This document shows, one piece after another, positions 11,272 through 20,781 of a stretch of 64,000 nucleotides of DNA. The notes under the pieces were generated by a model. That model saw only the letters and a program-made list of their open reading frames with translations. It did no database searches and had not been told where the DNA came from. The DNA is from Chitinophagaceae bacterium (lineage in GTDB: Bacteria; Bacteroidota; Bacteroidia; Chitinophagales; Chitinophagaceae), in assembly GCA_031360425.1 (NCBI GenBank), contig JANMBO010000108.1, positions 6,486 to 70,485 on the forward strand. Direction: 5' to 3'. Position numbers and translations under genes: made by a program. Numbering within the stretch: position 1 is the first letter of the stretch; each line of letters starts with the position of its first letter.

Positions 11272-12270
11272 TTATATTGATCCACCGTCCACCAGTTTTG
11301 AGGGAACGGTTAATTGCTGTACAAATGTTTTGCCGGACTGGTAATCCATCATCCGCTTGAATGCCAGTTTACCCAGGTCGAAGCCACTTGTTTCAATAAA
11401 GGTGATAGAGGGATCGTACAGGGACGGAATAAAATTATTGTTACAAATCGACAGGATAGCTATTTCATCCGGTACCTGAAGTTTTAGTTTCTGCACTCCT
11501 TTCATCACCCCGGTAAGAATTTCGTCACTCATAGAAAATACAACATCTGGCCGATGAGAAGGAGAACAAAACTGCAACGTAAGCTGCATAGCTTCTTCCG
11601 ATGTATCGGCATTAGTATTTATTACGCTGATTTGTGAAGGATGAGAGGAGAACGTTTCGGAAAAAGCTTTTTGCCGCTTTTGGGTGATCGACAATTCGGT
11701 ATTACCAAAAATAGCGAGGACATTTCTTTTATTTTTCTCAATTATTATTTCAGCTGCAAGGGTTGCTGCTTCCGCATCTGCCAGACAAATTTTATTGCAT
11801 GCTTCGAAGGCCGGCACTTTATCGAAAAAAATAACAGGAATATCCACTTCATCGAGTTTTAGAAACGGCTTTATATCTTTTGTGTGTGTAGCTATTGAAA
11901 CAAAAACACCAGCCACCCGGTTAATTCGGCATAGCCTGAGATTCTCCATTTCAATATGAGGATCATCTCCCGATTGAAGTATTATCAGGGAATAACCAAT
12001 GTGCCGGGCCTCTTCTTCCACCGAAGCAATAAAAGAGTGGTAAAAGTAATTGGATATAACAGGTACAATCAACCCAAAAATTTTACTCTTATTGGTGCGA
12101 AGATTAATGGCATGTGTGTTGGGCTCATATTCTATAACGGAAGCCAGTTCCATTACTTTCCGTTTGGTTTCTTCCGAAATGTCGGGATGGTTTTTTAATG
12201 CCCTCGATACGGTGGAGATACTTATATGTAGCGTTTCGGAAATATTCTTCAGCGTGGCCTTTGTTTTCAT
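11272..12270 (-). CDS. LacI-family transcriptional regulator
   Basis: N-terminal HTH ATLKNISETLHISISTVSRALKNHPDISEETKRKV followed by a periplasmic-binding-protein-like sugar-binding domain. The start is set at MKTKATL; the upstream extension is translated from a tandem DNA repeat. Confidence 0.88.
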   Translation of the reverse strand: MKTKATLKNISETLHISISTVSRALKNHPDISEETKRKVMELASVIEYEPNTHAINLRTNKSKIFGLIVPVISNYFYHSFIASVEEEARHIGYSLIILQSGDDPHIEMENLRLCRINRVAGVFVSIATHTKDIKPFLKLDEVDIPVIFFDKVPAFEACNKICLADAEAATLAAEIIIEKNKRNVLAIFGNTELSITQKRQKAFSETFSSHPSQISVINTNADTSEEAMQLTLQFCSPSHRPDVVFSMSDEILTGVMKGVQKLKLQVPDEIAILSICNNNFIPSLYDPSITFIETSGFDLGKLAFKRMMDYQSGKTFVQQLTVPSKLVDGGSI

Positions 12271-12761
12271 AAAAATGGAAGCTTTTATAGAATAAGTTAT
12301 CCACAGCAAACATTTGCGCAGACATTTGCGCAAACCATTGCGGCGAATTAAAGGTAATCATAAGGTATGCTAAAAAATAACTTAATATTTTGCAAATGAT
12401 TAAGGTGTATTGTTTGTACCTCCTTGAAGGCTAAGGGATAAAGTGTTGCTATGATTCTCTAAAAGAATGTAAAGTGAAAAGGGACAAGGATGCACGGAAC
12501 GGAACAGAAAATGAATGATTAATTTGAAAAGGAGGCAGCGTTTTATCTCCTGTTTGTTGTCTATTTCATAATTCTTTAAGGGGATGCCGGTTTTGGGTTT
12601 GAAGAAATAATATTTCTCAAGGGATCTATTACGGGATGAACTAATTAAAAAAAATTATTGTTAAATTTTTTTTCCAGCTAAAAAAAGCATAAAATTGTGT
12701 TTTGTGTGTACGAATTACACATTGTATTTGATCATTTAGTAACCATTTATAATTATTGTTT

Positions 12762-15734
12762 ATGACCCTCAAACGACTGCTTCAGGCAAGCTCATTGCTG
12801 TCGCTATTATTAATTTTCTCTCTCGGGGCCTTTGCCCAGGAAAAAACAATTTCCGGCAAGGTCACTGACTTCAAGGACGGATCTCCTATATCAGGAGCAT
12901 CAGTTGTTCCAAAAGGTGCGTCCACTGCGGGAACAACTACTGGTCCAGATGGTACTTTCCGTCTGAATGTTGGTGGAAAAGTTACTTCTCTTATCATTTC
13001 TTATGTTGGGTACGGTACTGTAGATATATCAATCTCCGATAAAACTATCGTAGATATTAAATTATCGGCTGCCGGTTCTAACCTTAATGAGGTAGTGGTA
13101 GTTGGGTATGGTACTGCCCGGAGACGCGACCTCACTGGTGCGGTTACCTCAATCAGGGAAAGAGATTTCAACAAAGGAGTAATTACTTCTCCCGATCAAC
13201 TAATTCAGGGAAAGGCTGCAGGTGTTTTGGTTATTAATAATACTGGCCAGCCTGGTGGATCAACAACAATAAGAATCCGTGGTTCCTCTTCCATCAGGTC
13301 CGGTAACCAGCCATTATTTGTAATTGATGGAGTTCCTTTATCCGGAAATTCTTCCCGTCCTGGATCCAGCGGGGCTGATTTTGGAAGTGACGGCGGTAAC
13401 CCTCTTAGTTTTATCAATCCAAACGATATTTCAAATATAGAAATCCTGAAAGATGCATCCGCAACGGCCATTTACGGTTCTAGAGGAGCAAACGGGGTGG
13501 TGATGATAACTACTAAACGTGGTCAGTCTGGAGCGCCTTATTTGGATGTTAACTCCTCTATTGGTGTTTCAACTGTTTTAAAGAAACTGGACGTATTAAG
13601 CGGCGATGAATACAGAAAGGCATTAACTGATTATGGTGTGACCAGCGGTAATTATGGCAAAAGTGAAGATGCATTTAAAGCCATTACACAAACGGCGATT
13701 ACGTCCAATAGTAATATAGCTTTCGGTGGTGGTAATGAAAATGGCCGATATCGTTTTTCCCTCGGTTACCTGGATCAGGAAGGGGTTGTCAGGACTTCTG
13801 ACCTGAAAAAAATAACCGCCAATCTTACCAGCAACTTCAAATTTCTTCAAAACAGAAAATTAGGGCTGGATTTCAATATCCTGGTAACACAAACCGATGA
13901 AGATATTGCTCCTGTTTCCGCTTTTGCGGGTTTTACAGGAAATGTCATCGCTCAGGCATTGCAATGGAATCCGACGTTAAATTTGAGAAAACCTGACGGT
14001 TCAATAAATCCTTTTCCAGTAGGAAACACAACTATTAATCCTTTGTCTTCATTGGAATATTATAAAGATAAAGCCAGGGTTAATACTATTATTGCTAGCG
14101 TGGCGCCATCGTATAAGATAACTGACGATTTGGAATACAAGGTCTTGTTTAGTGTAAATCGCCAATCAGGTGTTAGAAAAGGAATGGCAAATCGTCTTCT
14201 GAATTTACAGGGTATTGAAAATCGGGGGTTAGCATTTATTAATAATAGTGAGCAAACCAATACGCAAATTACCCATACCCTGAATTATAATAAGCAGATT
14301 ACTTCTTCAATTAATTTAAATGCAGTAGCCGGTTACGAATGGCTGACATTTAATAGCAGGGGTAATGGCGTGAGCGGAAGGGATTTTTCTAACGTCGGGT
14401 TGAATTATTACGATATCCTTCAATATTCTACAACCGCAGACAGATCAATTGGTTCTGGTATTAATCCTACTACCGAATTGCAATCTTATTTTGCCCGGGC
14501 AATTTTGAATTATAAAGATCGATATTTAATTACGGGTACATTCAGGGCCGATGGCTCAACAAGGTTTGGTAAAAATAATAAATATGGGTACTTCCCTTCT
14601 GTAGGATTTGCCTGGAACGCTACAAACGAATCATTCCTGGAAGGAAATAAAATATTTGATAATCTGAAACTGCGTTTAGGTTGGGGTACAACCGGTAACC
14701 AGGAATTCCCTTCAGGCGCTTCGCAGGATCGCTTCGCGGTAACCGGAATTGGAACTTTCTCCCAGACAAACTTTGGTAATCCTGATTTGAAATGGGAAAC
14801 TTCTGCAACGAGCAATGCGGGGGTTGATTTTAGCGTGCTTAATAGCAGATTGAGCGGATCTATAGATTATTTTTATAAGAAAACAACGGATGTACTGTTT
14901 GAAAGAACACTGGCCCAACCTGCCCCATCCGGAAAAATTTGGGTTAATTTGGATGGATCTGTCATAAACAAAGGAGTGGAAATAACCTTATTGGGCGCAA
15001 TAATCAGGAACAGTGATTTCACCTGGAACTTGGGAGGTAATGCTTCGTTCCTTCAAAATGAAGTTACCGGGTTAGTGGGTTTTTATGAGACCGGCGATTT
15101 GAGAGGACAGGGATTTTCAGGAGTCTTAGGTCAAAGAGTGGTTAGTGGACAGCCATTAAATGTTTGGTACCTTGCCATACATGAAGGAATTGATAAAACT
15201 ACCGGTCAGAGTATTTATACTGGTGGTGACCCTGCTTCAAACAAATTTTATTTAGGAAGCCCCAACCCCAAAACCATATTGGGATTGTCGACTGATGTTG
15301 CTTATAAGAAATTTACGGCAGCACTTAACTTCAACGGAACTTTTGGACAATACCTGTTTAATAATACAGCTGCTACGGTCTTGGGAATTGGTAATTTAGG
15401 AAATAGAAATATTGCTAAGAGTATATTGAGTGGTGGTGTAAAAGAGGCTATCTCTAATGCCCCGGCTCCTTCTAACCGTTACCTGGAAAAAGGAAATTAT
15501 ATTAAGCTGGCAAACGCTACTCTCAGCTATCGGGTAGGTAAAATAGGAAATGTGATCAGAAACTTAAACATTTCTTTGACTGGCCAAAACCTTTTTGTGA
15601 TTACAAAATACACTGGTTTTGATCCCGAAGTCAACACGGATGCAGGATTTGGCGGTATACCTTCTTTAGGGGTTGACTATATTCCCTATCCTTCTGCAAG
15701 AACAATAATATTAGGAGTAAACTTTTCTTTATAA
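12762..15734 (+). CDS. SusC/RagA-family TonB-linked outer-membrane transporter
   Basis: Signal peptide, CarboxypepD_reg-like GKVTDFKDGSPISGASV, plug region (NEVVVVGYGT..DQLIQGKAAGV), and a C-terminal ..GVNFSL ending in an aromatic/aliphatic residue. Confidence 0.92.
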   Translation: MTLKRLLQASSLLSLLLIFSLGAFAQEKTISGKVTDFKDGSPISGASVVPKGASTAGTTTGPDGTFRLNVGGKVTSLIISYVGYGTVDISISDKTIVDIKLSAAGSNLNEVVVVGYGTARRRDLTGAVTSIRERDFNKGVITSPDQLIQGKAAGVLVINNTGQPGGSTTIRIRGSSSIRSGNQPLFVIDGVPLSGNSSRPGSSGADFGSDGGNPLSFINPNDISNIEILKDASATAIYGSRGANGVVMITTKRGQSGAPYLDVNSSIGVSTVLKKLDVLSGDEYRKALTDYGVTSGNYGKSEDAFKAITQTAITSNSNIAFGGGNENGRYRFSLGYLDQEGVVRTSDLKKITANLTSNFKFLQNRKLGLDFNILVTQTDEDIAPVSAFAGFTGNVIAQALQWNPTLNLRKPDGSINPFPVGNTTINPLSSLEYYKDKARVNTIIASVAPSYKITDDLEYKVLFSVNRQSGVRKGMANRLLNLQGIENRGLAFINNSEQTNTQITHTLNYNKQITSSINLNAVAGYEWLTFNSRGNGVSGRDFSNVGLNYYDILQYSTTADRSIGSGINPTTELQSYFARAILNYKDRYLITGTFRADGSTRFGKNNKYGYFPSVGFAWNATNESFLEGNKIFDNLKLRLGWGTTGNQEFPSGASQDRFAVTGIGTFSQTNFGNPDLKWETSATSNAGVDFSVLNSRLSGSIDYFYKKTTDVLFERTLAQPAPSGKIWVNLDGSVINKGVEITLLGAIIRNSDFTWNLGGNASFLQNEVTGLVGFYETGDLRGQGFSGVLGQRVVSGQPLNVWYLAIHEGIDKTTGQSIYTGGDPASNKFYLGSPNPKTILGLSTDVAYKKFTAALNFNGTFGQYLFNNTAATVLGIGNLGNRNIAKSILSGGVKEAISNAPAPSNRYLEKGNYIKLANATLSYRVGKIGNVIRNLNISLTGQNLFVITKYTGFDPEVNTDAGFGGIPSLGVDYIPYPSARTIILGVNFSL

Positions 15735-15759
15735 TTTACGTAATGTTAAAAACAGCTTT

Positions 15760-17286
15760 ATGAAATATATCAAGATTTTTGCCATCTTATTGTGCACTTC
15801 TCTCTATTTCTCCTGCACCAAGCTGGAAGAGAATTTCAGAGGAGAATTGTCACAGACCAGCTCCAGTAGTATTACCGCAGCTGAATTATTGACCAGTGCC
15901 TATAATGGCGCAGGTCAAACTTTTATGACAGGTGATTTCTGGCACCTGCAGCAACATACTACAGACGAAACCATTGGGCCAACAAGAGCTGGAGACTGGG
16001 ATGATAATGGCCTATGGAGAGCATTACACGCCCATACCTGGAATGCTGATCATGGAATCATTTCCGGCGCGTTCAGTGGTTTATTGGGTTCGCAGTTCGC
16101 CGCTTCTAACGTGCTTCAGTTCAATCCATCTGCCCAGCAAGCGGCAGAAGCCCGGTTTATCAGGGCCCTGGTTATGTTTGCAGTATTAGATGGATGGAAC
16201 CAGGTTCCTTATAGATCAAAGCTCGGTAATTACAAAGATCTCCCGGAAACGCTGAAAGGAAAAGATGCGGCCGATCTTATTATAAGCGAATTGAATGCGA
16301 TCCTCAATGATCTGCCCAGTACCGGACCTGCTTATCAAGCCACTAAGAATGCAGCAAGAGTTTTGCTGATGAAGCTTTACTTAAATTATGGAGTCTACAC
16401 GGATAGAAAAACTCCTAGTTGGCCTGCCGATAAAATGGCGCTGGTTATTTCGCTGGCGAACCAAATTACAGGCTATACAATAAACGCTGGAAAGTATTTT
16501 GATAATTTTGCCCCCAATAACGATGCAGTATCAACGGAAAACATCTTTACTTTTTATAACCAGAATGGTGTAAGAGGAGGAAATGTGCGTGGTGCCTGGT
16601 TTCAGATCGCTCATTATAATATGAACCCCAGTGGGTGGAACGGATTTGCTACTCTCTCTGATTTCTATGATAAATTTACACCAGGTGATGAGAGGGTAGG
16701 TAAAAAATATGTATATCCGGGTTCTCTTCCTAATCCAGGGAACAGGACAAATGTTGGTTTCCTCATAGGGCAACAGTACAATTTGACTACTGGTGCAGCG
16801 TTGACTACCAGACAATCTAATCCATTAGTTTTTACCAGAGCGGTAGCACTTAGGGAAACTAATGCTAATACCCTTGAATTAACGGGTATCCGGGTTTCAA
16901 AATATCCTTACGATTATGCCACTTCGGCTGATCAAACTAATAACGACTGGGTTCTTTTCAGGTATGCGGACGTGATACTAATGAAAGCTGAAGCATTGCT
17001 CAAAACAGGTAATGCTACTGGCGCACGTGATTTGATAAATACCGAATTGCGAGCTAAGCGCGGTGCGGCTAACCTGACTACACTTGATGATACCGAATTA
17101 TTAAATGAAAGGGGTCGGGAGTTATACTGGGAAGGTTGGAGAAGGAATGATTTGATCAGGTTTGGTAAATATTTGCTGCCTTGGCAGGAAAAACCTACTG
17201 ATGATCCCAAAAATCTTTTTTTCCCTATTCCTAATAATCAATTAGCTGTTAACCCAAACCTTACTCAAAATCCTGGTTATAAATAA
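15760..17286 (+). CDS. SusD/RagB-family nutrient-binding lipoprotein
   Basis: Lipoprotein signal LYFSC. It lies immediately downstream of SusC and has the C-terminal RGRELYWEGWRRNDLIRF motif typical of SusD-like proteins. Confidence 0.9.
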   Translation: MKYIKIFAILLCTSLYFSCTKLEENFRGELSQTSSSSITAAELLTSAYNGAGQTFMTGDFWHLQQHTTDETIGPTRAGDWDDNGLWRALHAHTWNADHGIISGAFSGLLGSQFAASNVLQFNPSAQQAAEARFIRALVMFAVLDGWNQVPYRSKLGNYKDLPETLKGKDAADLIISELNAILNDLPSTGPAYQATKNAARVLLMKLYLNYGVYTDRKTPSWPADKMALVISLANQITGYTINAGKYFDNFAPNNDAVSTENIFTFYNQNGVRGGNVRGAWFQIAHYNMNPSGWNGFATLSDFYDKFTPGDERVGKKYVYPGSLPNPGNRTNVGFLIGQQYNLTTGAALTTRQSNPLVFTRAVALRETNANTLELTGIRVSKYPYDYATSADQTNNDWVLFRYADVILMKAEALLKTGNATGARDLINTELRAKRGAANLTTLDDTELLNERGRELYWEGWRRNDLIRFGKYLLPWQEKPTDDPKNLFFPIPNNQLAVNPNLTQNPGYK

Positions 17287-17311
17287 GTAAGTGTTAACGT
17301 ATTTTATTGCT

Positions 17312-17346
17312 AAAGGGTCATATTTTTATGACCCTTTTATTTTTTG
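17312..17346 (+). terminator. hairpin plus T-run after the SusD gene
   Basis: AAAGGGTCAT..ATGACCCTTT stem followed by TATTTTTT. Confidence 0.6.
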
Positions 17347-17408
17347 AAAACGTCATAGCGTATTTAATTTCGTTACTGGTCTGAATTGAATCGATGATTA
17401 ATTAATGA

Positions 17409-20400
17409 ATGATGAAAGTTGAATTACCATCATTGTTGAAAATAATATTACCCTCCTTCTTGCTCATTACTTCCTGTAAACAGAAAGAACCTCACCCTGC
17501 TCTTTTTGAATTGAAAAAAAACACAGGAATCATCTTCACTAATACAGTAACGAATTATAAGGATTTTAATATTTTCAGTTATCGTAATTTTTACAATGGA
17601 GGCGGTGCTGCCATCGGGGATATTAATAATGATGGATTGGCAGATGTATTTTTCACTGCTAACATGGGCAGCAATAAACTATTTTTAAATAAAGGTAACT
17701 GGCAGTTTGATGATATTTCAGAAAAAGCGGGTATTGCCGGAAGGGATCAATGGAATACAGGAGTGGTAATGGTTGACATCAATAACGATGGCTGGTTAGA
17801 TATATATGTATGCAATGCGGGGTATATGAACGGACAGATACCTAAAAGTAAATTATACATCAATAATAAGGATTTGACTTTCACCGAGGAGGCGGAGGCT
17901 TATGGATTATCCAATACCGGGGGATACGCTACCCATGCTGCTTTTTTTGATTATGATCTCGATGGCGATCTTGACGTATTTATTATCAATAACAGTTTTA
18001 TACCTGTCAACACGCTGAACTATGCTAATAAAAGGGAAATAAGGGCAAAGGATTGGCCGGTTGAAGATTTTTTGAAAGGTGGAGGCGATCGGTTTCTGCG
18101 AAACGACCATGGGAAGTTTACAGACATCAGCGAACAGGCCGGCATTTATGGAAGCCTGATTAGTTTTGGTTTAGGCGTTACTGTGGGGGATGTAAATGGA
18201 GATCACTACCCCGATGTGTATGTTTCCAATGATTTTTTCGAACGTGATTACCTCTATATTAACCAGCGTAATGGTACTTTTAAAGACGAGTTGGAGCAAC
18301 GGGTTCGTCATCTCAGTCATTCTTCGATGGGCGCCGATATGGCAGATATAAATAATGACGGTTATCCAGATTTGTTTGTAACGGAAATGCTTCCTGATAA
18401 CGATTTCCGGCTAAAGACAACTACTTCATTTGAAAACACCGATGTGCAGCGGTTAAAAGTAAAATCTGGTTTTTATTACCAGTTTATGCAAAACACACTG
18501 CAAATAAATGAACAGAACGGGAAGTTCATGGAAACAGCTTACTACAGCGGTGTGGCGGCTTCCGACTGGAGCTGGGGCGGGTTAATATTTGATGCGGACA
18601 ATGATGGATTATCGGACATATATGTTTGTAATGGTATTTACCACGATGTTACCAACCAGGATTTTATCGACTTTTTTGCCAACGACGTTATTCAAAAAAT
18701 GACGATGACTGGAGAAAAAGAACAAGTAGAAGAAATCATCAATAAAATGCCCTCGGTTCCTATACCCAATAAGGCATTCAGAAATTTGGGAAATTTGAAA
18801 TTTGCCGACTCTGGAAAGCAATGGGGATTTACTGAACCGTCCTTCTCAAACGGAGCCGCTTATGGCGACCTGGACAACGACGGCGACCTGGATTTGATTG
18901 TTAATAATGTAAATGAACCGGCCTTTGTTTATAAAAATAACAGCCGCGAACAAAATAAGAATAATTATATCGGAATTGTACTGAAAGGAAGAGATCAAAA
19001 TACTTTTGCCGTTGGCAGTACTGTGAAGATTTACCAGGGCGACCAGGTTATTACGCGCGAATTAATCCCCAGCCGGGGCTTTCAATCTTCAGTAGATTAT
19101 AAAATAATTGCCGGACTGGGAAATAAGACAGCCGACTCTGTGGTGATCACCTGGCCCGATCGCACCAGCACCAGGCTTGATAAGCCGGCTATTAATAAAA
19201 TTCATGAAGTTCGGCAGGGAAGGGAATTATATATTGCCCCAATACTTAGTACGAATCAAATAAGCACCCTATTATACCCTGTTCAGCAAAATTTTGATAA
19301 GCATACTGAAGATGATTTTATTGATTCGTATTACGATCGGAATATACCTCATGTAATTTCACGGGAGGGTCCTCACGCGGCACATGGCGATGTGAACGGC
19401 GATGGATTAGAAGATATTTATATCGGGGGGGCTCGCAAGCAAAGCGGGCAATTATATATTCAAACCCGCGACAGATTTTTTAAGAAACCGGAAGCAGCTT
19501 TTGAACGATTTGCTGAATACGAAGATGTGGCCACCCTATTTTTTGATTGTGATAAAGATGGCGACCTGGACCTGTTTGTTGGATCCGGTGGAAATAACCG
19601 CGATGCAGGAAGTCCTGAAATGCAAAACCGTCTTTACAAAAATGATGGAAAAGGAAATTTTGAATTCGATAGCACCTCGTTACCTAAAAGCGGATTTAAC
19701 TGTGCCGTTGTGGTAGCAAACGATTTTGATGAAGATGGGGATATAGACTTATTTGTAGGTAGCAGAAGTATCCCATTGAATTATGGTCCCGCTCCGCAAA
19801 GTTTTTTATTGCAAAATGACGGCAAGGGAAAATTTACCGATGCTACTAAAACAATTTGCCCGGCCCTGGACAAAATAGGATTGGTAACAGGAGCAGTATG
19901 GGTTAATGTACTAGGGGATAAAAAGAAAGAATTAGTGGTAGTGGGTGAATGGATGGCGCCCCGCCTATTCCGCATAATTGAAAATCGTATGGAAGAAGTG
20001 AAAACTTCTTTAAATGCCACCTATGGTTGGTGGCAAACGATAGCTGCTGCAGATTTGGATGGTGATGGTGACGAGGACCTGGTACTGGGGAATATCGGAG
20101 AAAATTTTTATCTCCATCCCGATGAAAAAAATCCAGTTAAGTTGTGGATAAATGATTTTGACAAAAATGGATCAGTAGAAAAAATCATTACACGCACCAT
20201 AGAGGGAAAAGATATGCCGGTATTCCTAAAAAGAGATCTCACTGACCAGGTAGTCTCTTTAAAGAAACAAAATTTGAAATACGAAGACTTCGCTAATAAA
20301 TCGATTCAGCAATTGTTCAGCCCGGAAATAATAAGTACCTGCACAGTGGGACTATTTAATTTCACCAGTACCTGTATTGCATTAAATGAGGGAGAAGGAA

Positions 20401-20777
20401 AGTTTACGTTAAAAGAGTTACCCATGTTAATGCAGTTGTCTTCAGTGAATGCCATCTTATGTACAGACATTAATGGAGACGGGCTTACTGATATTATTGC
20501 AGGGGGTAATCGATTTGATCTTTTACCACAGTTTGGCCGCCTCGATGCCAGTTACGGTCATGTGTTGCTAAATAAAGGGAACGCAATATTTAAAGAACTT
20601 GCTTCAGACAGATCGGGTCTATTGTTAAATGGAGAAGTGAGAGATATGGAGGAAGTAAAAAGAAAAAATGGCCGGTATTTACTGGTATTGCAGAATAATG
20701 ATTACCCAGTATTATATCAGTTACCTGACAAAGCAACCACGGGGATGGGCACTAAACCATTGAAGCTTGATAAATAA
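17409..20777 (+). CDS. FG-GAP/VCBS-repeat lipoprotein with ASPIC/UnbV domain (CRTAC1-like)
   Basis: Lipoprotein signal LLITSC. There are many DxNxDGxxD FG-GAP/VCBS repeats (GDINNDGLADVF, VDINNDGWLDIYV, GDLDNDGDLDLIV). The central ASPIC/UnbV-like block is VGSTVKIYQGDQVITRELIPSRGFQSSVD..VVITWPD. Confidence 0.85.
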   Translation: MMKVELPSLLKIILPSFLLITSCKQKEPHPALFELKKNTGIIFTNTVTNYKDFNIFSYRNFYNGGGAAIGDINNDGLADVFFTANMGSNKLFLNKGNWQFDDISEKAGIAGRDQWNTGVVMVDINNDGWLDIYVCNAGYMNGQIPKSKLYINNKDLTFTEEAEAYGLSNTGGYATHAAFFDYDLDGDLDVFIINNSFIPVNTLNYANKREIRAKDWPVEDFLKGGGDRFLRNDHGKFTDISEQAGIYGSLISFGLGVTVGDVNGDHYPDVYVSNDFFERDYLYINQRNGTFKDELEQRVRHLSHSSMGADMADINNDGYPDLFVTEMLPDNDFRLKTTTSFENTDVQRLKVKSGFYYQFMQNTLQINEQNGKFMETAYYSGVAASDWSWGGLIFDADNDGLSDIYVCNGIYHDVTNQDFIDFFANDVIQKMTMTGEKEQVEEIINKMPSVPIPNKAFRNLGNLKFADSGKQWGFTEPSFSNGAAYGDLDNDGDLDLIVNNVNEPAFVYKNNSREQNKNNYIGIVLKGRDQNTFAVGSTVKIYQGDQVITRELIPSRGFQSSVDYKIIAGLGNKTADSVVITWPDRTSTRLDKPAINKIHEVRQGRELYIAPILSTNQISTLLYPVQQNFDKHTEDDFIDSYYDRNIPHVISREGPHAAHGDVNGDGLEDIYIGGARKQSGQLYIQTRDRFFKKPEAAFERFAEYEDVATLFFDCDKDGDLDLFVGSGGNNRDAGSPEMQNRLYKNDGKGNFEFDSTSLPKSGFNCAVVVANDFDEDGDIDLFVGSRSIPLNYGPAPQSFLLQNDGKGKFTDATKTICPALDKIGLVTGAVWVNVLGDKKKELVVVGEWMAPRLFRIIENRMEEVKTSLNATYGWWQTIAAADLDGDGDEDLVLGNIGENFYLHPDEKNPVKLWINDFDKNGSVEKIITRTIEGKDMPVFLKRDLTDQVVSLKKQNLKYEDFANKSIQQLFSPEIISTCTVGLFNFTSTCIALNEGEGKFTLKELPMLMQLSSVNAILCTDINGDGLTDIIAGGNRFDLLPQFGRLDASYGHVLLNKGNAIFKELASDRSGLLLNGEVRDMEEVKRKNGRYLLVLQNNDYPVLYQLPDKATTGMGTKPLKLDK

Positions 20778-20781
20778 GGTT

